A DNA stretch of 64,000 bases from a virus (Duplodnaviria > Heunggongvirae > Uroviricota > Caudoviricetes): IMG/VR virus record IMGVR_UViG_2724678985_000012; one strand, given 5' to 3'. Within the stretch, counting starts at the first letter, position 1, and each line of letters starts with the position of its first letter. Shown one piece after another: positions 28,809 through 38,463 of this stretch. Below the pieces are notes generated by a model. The model was not told where the DNA came from. It saw nothing but the letters and a program-made list of their open reading frames with translations, and searched no databases. Position numbers and translations under genes: made by a program.

Positions 28809-30316
28809 TGGCTGGCGGGCGCAAGATTAAATGCGTCACCAGCGATCCACGCTGGCGCGATATGGTAATCAAATACCGCTACAACTTTACCCAGGCTGTT
28901 GTCGATATTTTTGGGATGTTCCCCTCCCACCAGCAGCAGCAGATCATTCAGTCAGTGCAGGAAACGGGGAGTAGGACGACCGTCACGTCCGGACACGGAA
29001 CGGGGAAGTCGTCCCTTACCGCGATGTTGCTGTTGATTTTTATGATCCTGTTCCCCGATGCCCGTGTCATCATTGTTGCTAACAAGATAGGCCAGGTAAA
29101 AACAGGCGTATTCAAATACGTTAAACAGTATTGGGCGAATGCAGTTAAGCGTCATGGGTGGTTGCAGACCTATTTTGTCCTCTCTGACACCATGTTTTAT
29201 GAGCGCTCCCGTAAGGGGATTTGGGAAGTTCTCTGCAAAGGTTATCGACTCGGCAACGAAGAAGCGCTGGCGGGGGAACACGCGGCACATTTGCTTCTAA
29301 TTCTGGACGAAGCATCTGGTATATCTGATAAGGCGATCGGCGTAATGACCGGTGCTCTTACTGAAGAAGATAACCGGATGTTGATGCTATCCCAGCCAAC
29401 AAGGCCAAGTGGTTATTTCTACGATTCGCACCATTCTCAAGCAAAAACCCCAGACAACCCGAAAGGGATCTGGACAGCAATTGTTCTTAACTCGGAAGAA
29501 TCACCGTTCGTCACACCACAATTCATCAAGCAGAAGCTTCTGGAATATGGCGGGCGCGATTCTATTGAGTACATGGTCAAGGTGCTTGGTCAGTTCCCAC
29601 GAGAAATTAACGGCTATTTGCTTGGTCGTGATGAATGCGATCGCGCTGCTCGCCGCAAGGTGTTGTTGGAGAAAAACTGGGGATGGGTGGCAACGGCTGA
29701 CGTTGGTAATGGGCGAGATAAGTCGGTCCTCAACATCTGCAAAGTATCTGGTCACAGGGATAAGCGGCGCGTTGTTAACTTTAAGGTAATGGAGATGCCT
29801 GGCACTATGGACCCATTGGCCTTTGCTGACTTCATATATAACGAATGTACGCCGGAAAAATACCCGAATATAACAATCGCGGTTGATGCTGATGGTTTTG
29901 GTTCTGATACGTGTGCGCAGTTGGTGCGTCGTGGTGCGAACCCGGTACGTATTCGGTGGGGAAAACCCATGTTTGCGAACAAAGACAGGGAGCGATTTGT
30001 TAATCAGCGTGCCTACGCAAATATTATGGCGCGAGATGCCATAAAGTCAGGGCGTATGCGGATAGACAGTGACCCTAAAACGGCAGAGCAAGCGTCAAAA
30101 ATCCCCTTTTTACTGAATGAAGAAGGGAAAATGGCGATGATGCGCAAAGAGCACATGCGGCAAAAGCTAAACATCAAATCGCCTGACCGATGGGATACCT
30201 ACTGCTTCACTATGCTGGTGGACTATGTGCCTGCTAATGAAGATATTGGTGCCGAAATGGCAACTTTCCGAGATCAGGTTCTGGCGGATATCGAAATGCC
30301 GGATCTGGATATATAA
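28808..30316 (+). CDS. pacB: terminase large subunit PacB-like
   Basis: 502 aa; Walker A SGHGTGKSS and Walker B LLLILDEASG. Confidence 0.75.
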   Translation: MAGGRKIKCVTSDPRWRDMVIKYRYNFTQAVVDIFGMFPSHQQQQIIQSVQETGSRTTVTSGHGTGKSSLTAMLLLIFMILFPDARVIIVANKIGQVKTGVFKYVKQYWANAVKRHGWLQTYFVLSDTMFYERSRKGIWEVLCKGYRLGNEEALAGEHAAHLLLILDEASGISDKAIGVMTGALTEEDNRMLMLSQPTRPSGYFYDSHHSQAKTPDNPKGIWTAIVLNSEESPFVTPQFIKQKLLEYGGRDSIEYMVKVLGQFPREINGYLLGRDECDRAARRKVLLEKNWGWVATADVGNGRDKSVLNICKVSGHRDKRRVVNFKVMEMPGTMDPLAFADFIYNECTPEKYPNITIAVDADGFGSDTCAQLVRRGANPVRIRWGKPMFANKDRERFVNQRAYANIMARDAIKSGRMRIDSDPKTAEQASKIPFLLNEEGKMAMMRKEHMRQKLNIKSPDRWDTYCFTMLVDYVPANEDIGAEMATFRDQVLADIEMPDLDI

Positions 30317-30317
30317 A

Positions 30318-30336
30318 GCCCCGCGATGCGGGGCCG
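30318..30336. terminator. bidirectional hairpin between convergent pacB and 30344-31381
   Basis: agccccgc-gat-gcggggc; T-rich run on minus side. Confidence 0.5.
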
Positions 30337-30343
30337 GTTGTGA

Positions 30344-31381
30344 TTACCAGAGCTTCGCGGCGTACTGCGTTTGGGGGAATGTGTATCCGTAACGTTCTTC
30401 GATTGCTTTGCCGTATTTTTTACGAGCTTCATTCAGTTTAATGCCGGTCAGGTCGTCTCCAGAGGCCATCATTACGTCTAACAATTCCAGATCCATTTTA
30501 TCCAGCCTTGCCATTGCTTCACGTGATGTACGTATCTTACGTTCAATGATATGGCGAATAGCCGGATCGGCATCCTCCAGCATCTTAGCGGATTTCTGCT
30601 TAAGGCTTTCATTGCGAATATCGATGTTCCTTAAGATGTACGACTTCGCAACGTAGCTTGGCTGGTGTTTTTCCAGGTCACGAACACGATATAAGTTAAA
30701 ATCGCCGAGAAGGCTGCAAGGTACCGATTCGACGCCAGAATAAATTGTAATGCTCCGGCGTTCACCAACATTATTGACAACGGGGATCGTTGTCTTCGGT
30801 AGTCTTGCGAAAACCAATGCGCCATGTGCGCCAACTCTAAAGCGAGAAAGGGCATTGCTGCCTTCGATGTTTGTTGTCAGCACAACATCTGTATATGCCT
30901 CTTTACGCGCCCGGTAGATCTCGCCTTCAGGCTCAGCTTCAAAGAAGCGCTGTTCTTCTTCAAGAGCACCTACGATTTGAGAAAAAACCCTATTTTTCAG
31001 GCTTTTCTTTATGATTTTGTCGTATTTTTTTAGCAATTGTTCACGTGTAAATGTACGTGTTGTTGTAGCGCTTTGCACAACGACATGCGTGCTTTGATTG
31101 GTGTCCTCAATGATGAATGGGATCGGAGAATATACAGACTCAACAATGTTCGACGCTTTGCCGTCGGCATCGCGGCACATGTCAACGAAGGCTTTCCATT
31201 CAGCAAGACATTTTTCAGCTTCTTCTAATATGTTTTGGTCATGCGTTAATGCAACATGGCGGAATTCCTCGCCAGCATAACTGGTATCATGGAAAACAGA
31301 GTTTGCGACCACCAGCTCTTTCCACCGTTCAGCGGTTTGCAGGAACCGTTTGTACTCTTTCTCGATCGACTTCTTACTCAT
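30344..31381 (-). CDS. hypothetical protein in the pac-to-rox interval (candidate immunity repressor by position only)
   Basis: 345 aa; operator-like motif overlaps its promoter/start region. Confidence 0.3.
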   Translation of the reverse strand: MSKKSIEKEYKRFLQTAERWKELVVANSVFHDTSYAGEEFRHVALTHDQNILEEAEKCLAEWKAFVDMCRDADGKASNIVESVYSPIPFIIEDTNQSTHVVVQSATTTRTFTREQLLKKYDKIIKKSLKNRVFSQIVGALEEEQRFFEAEPEGEIYRARKEAYTDVVLTTNIEGSNALSRFRVGAHGALVFARLPKTTIPVVNNVGERRSITIYSGVESVPCSLLGDFNLYRVRDLEKHQPSYVAKSYILRNIDIRNESLKQKSAKMLEDADPAIRHIIERKIRTSREAMARLDKMDLELLDVMMASGDDLTGIKLNEARKKYGKAIEERYGYTFPQTQYAAKLW

Positions 31382-31394
31382 TATTCCTACTCGA

Positions 31395-31413
31395 TTTAGT
31401 TTTCTAACATAAA
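31395..31413 (+). promoter_or_regulatory. C1-operator-like motif site 8
   Basis: GATTTAGTTTTCTAACATAAAAT immediately upstream of 30344-31381 start. Confidence 0.5.
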
Positions 31414-31591
31414 ATTACTATGACAAATTTATGTCGAATAACAGAGTGAGTAAAGGATCGAACTGTGATTTTTTGTCATCAATTTTAGAAAACCAACCGT
31501 AGAAACCACACTTCGCAAATTAAAGACCATGAAGGCAACGTGTTACTGGTCATCATCAATCTATGATGGATTTAAAAAAATCGGCATTTTA

Positions 31592-31623
31592 TAACTTTAA
31601 ATAATTGGCATTATTTAAAGTTA
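31592..31623. other. rox recombination site (target of Dre)
   Basis: TAACTTTAAATAATTGGCATTATTTAAAGTTA, exact reverse complement of the recalled 32-bp rox site; about 150 bp upstream of dre. Confidence 0.85.
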
Positions 31624-31775
31624 AGCTATAATCATGGGTGGATGATCAGTGTTGACATCACTGAAAATACGTGCCTCGAATCAAAGGTTTGAATCTTGAA
31701 AATTAACTTATAGCTACCCTGTCATTTTTATATTTTTCGCGTAGCGTCATCTGTATATAGAGGTTAAATAGTTTC

Positions 31776-32804
31776 ATGAGTGAATTAATTATCTCTGGCA
31801 GCTCCAGTGGTTTTCTGCGCAACATTGGCAAAGAGTACCAGGAGGCCGCAGAAAACTTTATGCGGTTCATGAATGACCAGGGGGCTTACGCGCCTAATAC
31901 TTTGCGCGATCTCCGGTTAGTGTTTCACTCCTGGGCGAGATGGTGTCACGCTCGCCAGCTCGCCTGGTTCCCGATCTCTCCAGAGATGGCCCGCGAGTAT
32001 TTTCTTCAGCTGCATGATGCTGATCTGGCTTCGACCACCATTGATAAGCACTACGCCATGCTGAACATGCTGCTTTCGCATTGTGGCCTTCCGCCACTTT
32101 CGGATGATAAAAGTGTTTCTCTGGCTATGCGGCGCATCCGGCGTGAAGCGGCAACGGAAAAAGGCGAACGAACAGGCCAGGCTATACCGCTGCGGTGGGA
32201 CGATCTGAAACTGCTCGACGTCCTGTTGTCCAGGTCAGAACGGCTGGTGGACCTGCGCAACCGGGCTTTTCTCTTTGTTGCATACAATACGCTGATGCGC
32301 ATGTCTGAAATCTCGCGTATTCGTGTAGGAGATCTGGACCAAACAGGTGACACTGTCACGCTACATATTTCACACACGAAGACAATAACGACCGCCGCCG
32401 GGCTTGATAAGGTGCTTTCCCGTCGCACTACTGCTGTGCTGAATGACTGGCTGGATGTTTCCGGGCTTCGTGAACATCCTGACGCGGTGCTGTTCCCGCC
32501 GATACACCGTAGCAATAAGGCCAGGATTACGACAACGCCCCTTACTGCACCTGCAATGGAGAAAATATTTAGTGACGCCTGGGTGTTGCTGAATAAAAGA
32601 GATGCCACTCCAAACAAGGGGAGATACCGGACGTGGACCGGGCATAGTGCTCGTGTCGGGGCTGCTATCGATATGGCAGAAAAGCAGGTGTCTATGGTGG
32701 AGATCATGCAGGAAGGAACCTGGAAGAAACCGGAAACACTTATGCGGTATCTGCGCCGTGGCGGCGTGTCTGTGGGGGCTAATAGCCGCCTGATGGATTC
32801 ATAA
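31776..32804 (+). CDS. dre: Dre tyrosine recombinase (Cre homolog of D6-type phages)
   Basis: 342 aa; aligns along full length with Cre (LNML, SLAMRRIR, RIRVGD, GHSARVGAA, IMQ-G-W motifs); adjacent rox site. Confidence 0.9.
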   Translation: MSELIISGSSSGFLRNIGKEYQEAAENFMRFMNDQGAYAPNTLRDLRLVFHSWARWCHARQLAWFPISPEMAREYFLQLHDADLASTTIDKHYAMLNMLLSHCGLPPLSDDKSVSLAMRRIRREAATEKGERTGQAIPLRWDDLKLLDVLLSRSERLVDLRNRAFLFVAYNTLMRMSEISRIRVGDLDQTGDTVTLHISHTKTITTAAGLDKVLSRRTTAVLNDWLDVSGLREHPDAVLFPPIHRSNKARITTTPLTAPAMEKIFSDAWVLLNKRDATPNKGRYRTWTGHSARVGAAIDMAEKQVSMVEIMQEGTWKKPETLMRYLRRGGVSVGANSRLMDS

Positions 32805-32822
32805 ATTAAATTTCTAACACAT
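32805..32822 (+). promoter_or_regulatory. C1-operator-like motif site 9
   Basis: AATTAAATTTCTAACACATC right after dre stop. Confidence 0.45.
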
Positions 32823-32877
32823 CTTTTTAGATTGTTATCTTTGCTGTAAAGTACCCTCGCCTATTTCGGAGGGTGCT

Positions 32878-33222
32878 TTGCAGAGTCAAATCACGGAATC
32901 AAGACGCTTTAAGGTGGATGGTTACACCGTAACCTTCGCCGCTGGTGTTAAGAACAGTCATGCTGTCGTTGTGTTCGGCATCATGACCGGGCTTGAGGCC
33001 GTCCCTGTGTTTACCCTCGAAAAAAACTGGCGAAATCTGGAGGAAGCAGAAAGCTACGTCCGGAAAGTAACCATCATTGCCGCCGAAAAACTCCTGGCCC
33101 ACTATCAGGAAAATTATCGCACTATGGTCGAGAAGATTAATCTCGCTTTCACTCGCCCCACTACCGGCTTTATTGCACCGGATACTAATGCAGGTCGCTA
33201 TCCTGCAAGGGGGCGTCGGTGA
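32878..33222 (+). CDS. hypothetical protein
   Basis: 114 aa ORF, non-ATG start likely. Confidence 0.3.
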   Translation: MQSQITESRRFKVDGYTVTFAAGVKNSHAVVVFGIMTGLEAVPVFTLEKNWRNLEEAESYVRKVTIIAAEKLLAHYQENYRTMVEKINLAFTRPTTGFIAPDTNAGRYPARGRR

Positions 33223-33695
33223 AAACTTATTACACATCTCTGAATTGTTACCCGTCTTCCTATCCAGAATTATCCGGGAAGCTGTTAGCTCTATTAGCTA
33301 AAGCACCTACGGAATGGTTTAAGCCAGTCGTTATCAATCCACACTTCCTGGATTACGGATCTGTTCGCACTCGTAACGAACTCAAAAACCTACTGGCGCA
33401 TGGATTCATTCGACACCGTGCCGGGAAAGGCTATCAGTTAGCGATTGCGCCAGAAGAGGCCGTGCGGCTATTCGCATATCGTGACAGCCAGACAAAAGCT
33501 CGGGTAATAGCTCAAATACTTCATAACGGCAGCACCTATGCCCGCCAGTTTGGCGGCGACACGTCGCAGTTCTTGCGGGCGGTGCGATCGCTGGAGGAGC
33601 AAGGAGTTATTGAAAGTTCCTGTCTTCCTGTTCCTACCGTTCCACATATCAAACGTCGGGTTTACACCTTCACGCAGAGAGCTAAAAAACAATGA
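33219..33695 (+). CDS. hypothetical protein with possible winged-helix segment
   Basis: 158 aa; GTG start; overlaps neighbours by 4 nt. Confidence 0.35.
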   Translation: MKTYYTSLNCYPSSYPELSGKLLALLAKAPTEWFKPVVINPHFLDYGSVRTRNELKNLLAHGFIRHRAGKGYQLAIAPEEAVRLFAYRDSQTKARVIAQILHNGSTYARQFGGDTSQFLRAVRSLEEQGVIESSCLPVPTVPHIKRRVYTFTQRAKKQ

Positions 33696-34186
33696 TTTAC
33701 GTAAAAGTGAAACGCCTACATCCGGCAGCAAAACTTCCAGCTTATGCCACCTCCGGATCGGCGGCGATGGATTTTGAGGCTGTTGAAATAAAACCATGCG
33801 TCGATAGCAATGGTGCAATTTCCTCAAGCTGGTGGGTGTATACCGGACTGGCTATGGAGATCCCGCCCGGCTGGTGTCTGAAACTCTATCCGCGATCCGG
33901 ATTGGGCTGCAAAAAACATACTCGCCTGGCTAACTGCGTAGGAATTATCGACTCCGATTATCGCGGCGAAATCATGGCAAAACTGATTACTGATCCCGGC
34001 GGGGAAGGCGTTTGTCTCAAGCCTGGAATGGCTGTCATGCAAGGAATTTTTGAACGAGTTGAACAAGTCTCACTAGTCGAGGTTGAGGAACTCAACGAAA
34101 CGGAACGTGGTGCTGGTGGCTTTGGTAGCACATCGGAAGGCCACTTTGAAATTAAGCGTTCACCGCTTCAGTACGAAAAGTTATAA
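33692..34186 (+). CDS. dut: dUTP diphosphatase (dUTPase)
   Basis: motifs SGSAAMDF, PRSG, GIIDSDYRGE, RGAGGFGSTS. Confidence 0.85.
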   Translation: MIYVKVKRLHPAAKLPAYATSGSAAMDFEAVEIKPCVDSNGAISSSWWVYTGLAMEIPPGWCLKLYPRSGLGCKKHTRLANCVGIIDSDYRGEIMAKLITDPGGEGVCLKPGMAVMQGIFERVEQVSLVEVEELNETERGAGGFGSTSEGHFEIKRSPLQYEKL

Positions 34187-34200
34187 GCAGAGAAAAGACT

Positions 34201-34878
34201 ATGAATAACATGGCAACGAAAGAGCTTTTTAAGTTCCTTCCCAAATACAAAGCTCACAAAAACGTTAGTGCATCGAAAATCAAAAATGTTGTTATTTTCG
34301 GAGTAACTGATGCCCCACTTTGGGGCTGCATCGAACTCGTTGAACCAAAAGGGGCAACAGTTTGTGTTGACGCAATGTTTTTACAAAAACACCGACCAAA
34401 AACTGGCGGGTATCTGATCGTTTATGAAAACGGTTATCTGTTCTATGCCCCGGAGAAACCATTTGAGGAACGCTATGGCCTGGTTAACGACGCCTCCAAA
34501 AATGGAACCACGGTCATCATTACGGATGACAACGGCGTGATGATTAATCTTACCGGGAGCGTAACTATTTCTGCTGGTGGCATCACCACCCAGCAAGAAG
34601 AAATCGACCTTGAAGCAGCCGACTTTTCTGACGCGCTGATGTGGCTGAAGGATGGCAAGAAAGTTGCTCGACGCGGGTGGAACGGCGAAAACCAATTCTG
34701 CTGGCTGGTTCCTGAAGGACAGTACCCGGCACGAATGGAAGCCATTAAGGGATATTTCCCCGGCGACCTCGTTCCGTATGGTGCTTATTTCGCCTTAAAA
34801 AATGCACAAGGTGTAGTTGTTCCGTGGGTTCCTTCTGTAGGCGACTTACTGGCATGTGACTGGTTTGTAGTGGAGTGA
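34201..34878 (+). CDS. two-domain protein with canonical C-terminal DUF2829 (Tad2-like) domain
   Basis: 225 aa; C-terminal ALMWLKDGKKVARRGWNG ... VVPWVPSVGDLLACDWFVVE. Confidence 0.55.
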   Translation: MNNMATKELFKFLPKYKAHKNVSASKIKNVVIFGVTDAPLWGCIELVEPKGATVCVDAMFLQKHRPKTGGYLIVYENGYLFYAPEKPFEERYGLVNDASKNGTTVIITDDNGVMINLTGSVTISAGGITTQQEEIDLEAADFSDALMWLKDGKKVARRGWNGENQFCWLVPEGQYPARMEAIKGYFPGDLVPYGAYFALKNAQGVVVPWVPSVGDLLACDWFVVE

Positions 34879-34884
34879 TTTGAC

Positions 34885-35661
34885 ATGGAAAGCACCAAAA
34901 CAATTCAATACCGCTTGCGTAATGGCCTGCTGGTGGCTGTTAACGCCGACATGTCACTGCCGTTTGACACGATTGAACGCACTATCATGACGTATCTCGG
35001 CTTTAATGAAGAGCTGAATGAAGAGCATGGCGTAGCTATATGGAGTGATGCAGACAGCGGCGTTCGTCGTTACATCACCGCCAGGGGCAAAGACTACTCT
35101 CTGGAAGAACTGTTTACCCTTGCGCAGTCTTTCGAATGTGTAGCATTAGACCTGTTTAATGATCCTGCTATAGCGCAACGACTTATACGCGAGCTTGGGC
35201 TATCCGTTACACCAATTATCTTTAAAAATGGCAGCCTGACTGGCACATGGCGCGTAGAACGCATCTCAAACTACCTTCCATATAACCGACAGTTAAATGG
35301 AGTAATCTCCGGCGTTAATCAGCCCGTAGCGTGTGAAAATGTAAACCTGGTTGTCGCTGTTTTGGCAACCGCATGTCGTGTTATCGGTTTGGCTAAACAG
35401 GCATTTATTCATTTCCCAAATGGTGCAGAAGGTAGCGCAGAGATTATCGCGTGTGATTTCGAATTTACCTGGATGCTACGCGAATATCTGGACCAAACAG
35501 TATTCCGTGCCGAAGAACTGGATATGTATATCACGTCAACGATTCCAGACGATGTGCGAGCTGAAGCAATCGCTATAGCCAGGGCGAAATGCCGTGCGGC
35601 GATTGCAGAACGGGCCAAAGAAGAACAGTCCAATGATACAGCGGCAGAAGAGGTGAAATAA
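34885..35661 (+). CDS. hypothetical protein
   Basis: 258 aa ORF followed by strong terminator. Confidence 0.4.
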   Translation: MESTKTIQYRLRNGLLVAVNADMSLPFDTIERTIMTYLGFNEELNEEHGVAIWSDADSGVRRYITARGKDYSLEELFTLAQSFECVALDLFNDPAIAQRLIRELGLSVTPIIFKNGSLTGTWRVERISNYLPYNRQLNGVISGVNQPVACENVNLVVAVLATACRVIGLAKQAFIHFPNGAEGSAEIIACDFEFTWMLREYLDQTVFRAEELDMYITSTIPDDVRAEAIAIARAKCRAAIAERAKEEQSNDTAAEEVK

Positions 35662-35663
35662 CA

Positions 35664-35695
35664 AAAAGCCCGCTTGGTATGGCGGGCTTCTTTTC
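35664..35695. terminator. rho-independent terminator (between convergent units)
   Basis: agcccgc-ttggtatg-gcgggct followed by TCTTTTC. Confidence 0.7.
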
Positions 35696-35912
35696 AAATA
35701 CTGGAAGCACTTTGCCTGCTACCAAGCATTCTCTGTTTAAGCACAACCATTTCCTGACGGCATAACACAGCAATAGCGGTCCTGGCGCCAATTTGCTTAC
35801 CAATCAGGTATTGCTTTACCTCGCGGCGACTCACGCCATCAAGAAGCATCTTTAACGCTTCACGGGACAATTTGTTGTATCTACGTGCCATTAATCTACT
35901 CCGCGGAACCAT
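35694..35912 (-). CDS. small hypothetical ORF downstream of doc (HTH-like), questionable
   Basis: 72 aa; overlaps doc 3' end; post-doc position. Confidence 0.2.
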
Positions 35913-36276
35913 ACAATCTACGTAACGTGTCGGCGACAGAAGATACAGATATCTCTCCGGTCGCAGCCCCTACGGTAAGGTCTGCCAGTTCAGGTGAATC
36001 AAATACCTGCACCCCGTTACGGCGTAGAAATAGCAGCGCACTGTTTAGCGCGGTACGCTTATTGGCATCATTGAATATATGCCCTCTCGCCGTAGCCACC
36101 AGGTAGGTGGCGGAGACTTCGAAAAGGTCGGTGATCTCTTCGTAGGCAACTCTGGCCTGAACTCTCCCGATAATGGCCTCTGCCCTACCCGGATCTGACA
36201 TGCCCGGCAGTCCGCCGTAGCGGCTTATATTCGCATCATGAAGCGCAATAAGTTCTTCCGGTGATATATGCCTCAT
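35896..36276 (-). CDS. doc: Doc toxin (Fic-family kinase) of Phd-Doc addiction module
   Basis: 126 aa; matches recalled P1 Doc sequence ([22 protein letters not shown]...); TAATG overlap with phd. Confidence 0.9.
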
Positions 36277-36497
36277 TATCGGTTAACCAGTTCCTTGTTG
36301 GTGGAATCCAGAGTGTCAAACAGAGATGCAAATTCGGCATCCAGCGCCGCTTTTTTGTAGGCTTCGAAAGTAGCCTTGCTGACAATTACTGCTGGCTCAC
36401 GGCCTCTGCGGGTGATTTCAACCTCTTCCCCGGCTTCAACATTGTTGAGCACTTCAGAAAAGTTGCCGCGCGCGGTACGGAAGTTAATGGATTGCAT
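36276..36497 (-). CDS. phd: Phd antitoxin
   Basis: 73 aa from [12 protein letters not shown]...; immediately upstream of doc. Confidence 0.9.
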
Positions 36498-36503
36498 AAA
36501 CAC

Positions 36504-36560
36504 CTCGTGTACTCATTATGTGTACACAATTATAAACCTCACAGGCATAAAGCACCAGCA
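36504..36560 (-). promoter_or_regulatory. phd-doc promoter/operator region
   Basis: GTGTAC-containing palindromes (cgtgtactcattatgtgtacac) upstream of phd. Confidence 0.6.
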
Positions 36561-36569
36561 CTTTGCAGC

Positions 36570-36946
36570 TTAAATAACCGGACAATCATCAAACTCCCCA
36601 CTTCGGGCATCATTGATGACATGAGTGATCACACCAAAAACAGCATTACTTCCCGTGCATCCATCGTCATCTACTGGTAACGCCTCTTTCTTCCCGGTGC
36701 TTAAATCCTCCAGGTGCTGGCGCGGATACTTCCTGTATCTCTTTATGCGATATTCACCCTCCATAGCGCACACAAGCAGCGAACCATCAACTGGAGTAAG
36801 CGAAGAATCAACCACCAGCATATTCCCTCACGGTGATGGCTATCAGCTGCCCGCATGAAGTAGGTTGCTGATGGATGCCTGATTAGTTGCTGATCAAGAG
36901 AAATTCGGCTTTCAACATAATCCGCCGCAGGAGAAGGGAAGCCCAT
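36570..36946 (-). pseudogene. humD: humD (UmuD-prime homolog) with apparent frameshift
   Basis: N-terminal MGFPSPAADYVE...YFMRAADSHHREGI in one frame, C-terminal LVVDSS...FGVITHV in another; 2 nt where 3n expected. Confidence 0.6.
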
Positions 36947-37215
36947 AGCGTTTTCACCTCAATAATACTGTTCATTTATACAGTATACATTAAATGGACA
37001 CCTTTGGTGCAAACGCGTTACGTACATCAACCACCGCTGATGATTTTGTGCTCTTTGCTACTATTCATCACCAACGGATCAGCGTAACCTCGTTGCCAAT
37101 CAGTTAATAAGGAATTGGCTATGCCTAATCGCATTCCTCTCGATCCTGTATTGCCCAAAAATTTTGACTGCACTCCTAACGAGAAACATTTTAAAATAAA
37201 GCTCGCCGGTCATCA

Positions 37216-37500
37216 TTAACTCCTACATTCAGGGCAAGAGTTCCCTTCCGCAAAATAGGGGAAACTGCTATCAAGCTCATCACACCATCTGCGATGGTCG
37301 TAGCACCAAAACGCCTCCCACGGTACACGGAAATACTTCATCCACCAGGACACTCGATCAGGTATATCTGCTGGTGGCAGCTCTTCTGGCAATAATTTGC
37401 CTGATAATTCCCTTTCCGCCCGCGCCAGCATTCCTTTTAGACTCGCATTTTCTTTTTCAAGAATCTCTACGCGAGCCTGTAACTCAGCTTTCGTTGGCAT
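37216..37500 (-). CDS. hypothetical protein
   Basis: about 94 aa from MPTKAELQARVEILEKEN; coiled coil then Cys-rich tail. Confidence 0.3.
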   Translation of the reverse strand: MPTKAELQARVEILEKENASLKGMLARAERELSGKLLPEELPPADIPDRVSWWMKYFRVPWEAFWCYDHRRWCDELDSSFPYFAEGNSCPECRS

Positions 37501-38251
37501 GGCCCGCCTCATGTTTATCAGCCACCAGCGGCAATAAAGCCTTAGCCATTTCATGAACCAACATGGCATCAATGACGCCTAGCGTATGGCCCGGCTTAAT
37601 CTTTAATGCGGCCTCAAGATAGCCTCTTTCCAGAGTGGTTTTTACGCTTTTCCTAGGCGCTTGTTGGGAACCATCCGGAAGAACCGGATGGTTCCCAGCC
37701 TCATAAGCTACCCGCAACCAGTGCATGAATGTTTCCGCAGACACACAACCGCAGTCCACATCGATTTCCCCGCGTTGCTGCTCCAGCCATTGCTCAAAAT
37801 CTAACTTGTAAGCCTTACTTTCAGACTTGACTTTCTGAGACGCTATGCGAGCTGCTTCATACTGTTCACGAGTGACAACCGATGTAAACGCACTGCGATC
37901 AAGGTCACTGATATCGCAAATAATGCCATCAATGGAATAATTCTTTGATGATTGGTAATTTTTATGGCGCGTACCAAAAAGAACCGTAGCGCGACTACTA
38001 CCTGGCATCGTAATGGATAGATGGCAAAAATCTTTTCCATCAGGCCATCCATGCCCCTTAGATAATTCCTTCACTAACAAGTCAATCAGTGTCATAGCTT
38101 TACCATCCTTGCAAGGCGCTAAAGCTATTTTGGCAAGTTCCAATACTTCATCTGCTGTGTATCCAGCACCGTGACCATACATTTCGATACGGGAAATAAT
38201 ATCTGAAATACGCTCTTTAGTGATTCTTGTCATAGTTTTATTTCCTTGCAT
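37484..38251 (-). CDS. hypothetical protein
   Basis: 255 aa ORF. Confidence 0.4.
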   Translation of the reverse strand: MQGNKTMTRITKERISDIISRIEMYGHGAGYTADEVLELAKIALAPCKDGKAMTLIDLLVKELSKGHGWPDGKDFCHLSITMPGSSRATVLFGTRHKNYQSSKNYSIDGIICDISDLDRSAFTSVVTREQYEAARIASQKVKSESKAYKLDFEQWLEQQRGEIDVDCGCVSAETFMHWLRVAYEAGNHPVLPDGSQQAPRKSVKTTLERGYLEAALKIKPGHTLGVIDAMLVHEMAKALLPLVADKHEAGHANES

Positions 38252-38439
38252 GGTTCGCCTTTACGGCAAACAGCTACACGGTCATTTCTTACATTAACCA
38301 CAGTCACCGTTCCGTCATCGCATTGAATAACGATGAAAGGGTGTTCATTCTCTTTTGTGCAATGTTGCTGTTCCCCTGCTGTAACAGTGAGGGGAATTAA
38401 TAAAATAATAATTACTGCGAATTTACTAAATGTTGCCAT
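38230..38439 (-). CDS. small secreted Cys-containing protein
   Basis: 69 aa; N-terminal signal-peptide-like segment. Confidence 0.35.
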   Translation of the reverse strand: MATFSKFAVIIILLIPLTVTAGEQQHCTKENEHPFIVIQCDDGTVTVVNVRNDRVAVCRKGEPCKEIKL

Positions 38440-38463
38440 AGCAATCTTTCTTTCTGTTTTTCA

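Noticed and set aside
30344-31381. Calling the 345-aa protein the C1 repressor
   Set aside because: Position between pacB and rox/dre and an operator-like motif at its start fit c1, but I cannot recognise C1 sequence features, so it is left as hypothetical with a positional note.
31592-31623. Possibility that the recombinase site is loxP
   Set aside because: Arms begin ATAACTT like loxP but the full 32-bp sequence and 4-bp spacer match rox, and the recombinase is Dre-like rather than Cre.
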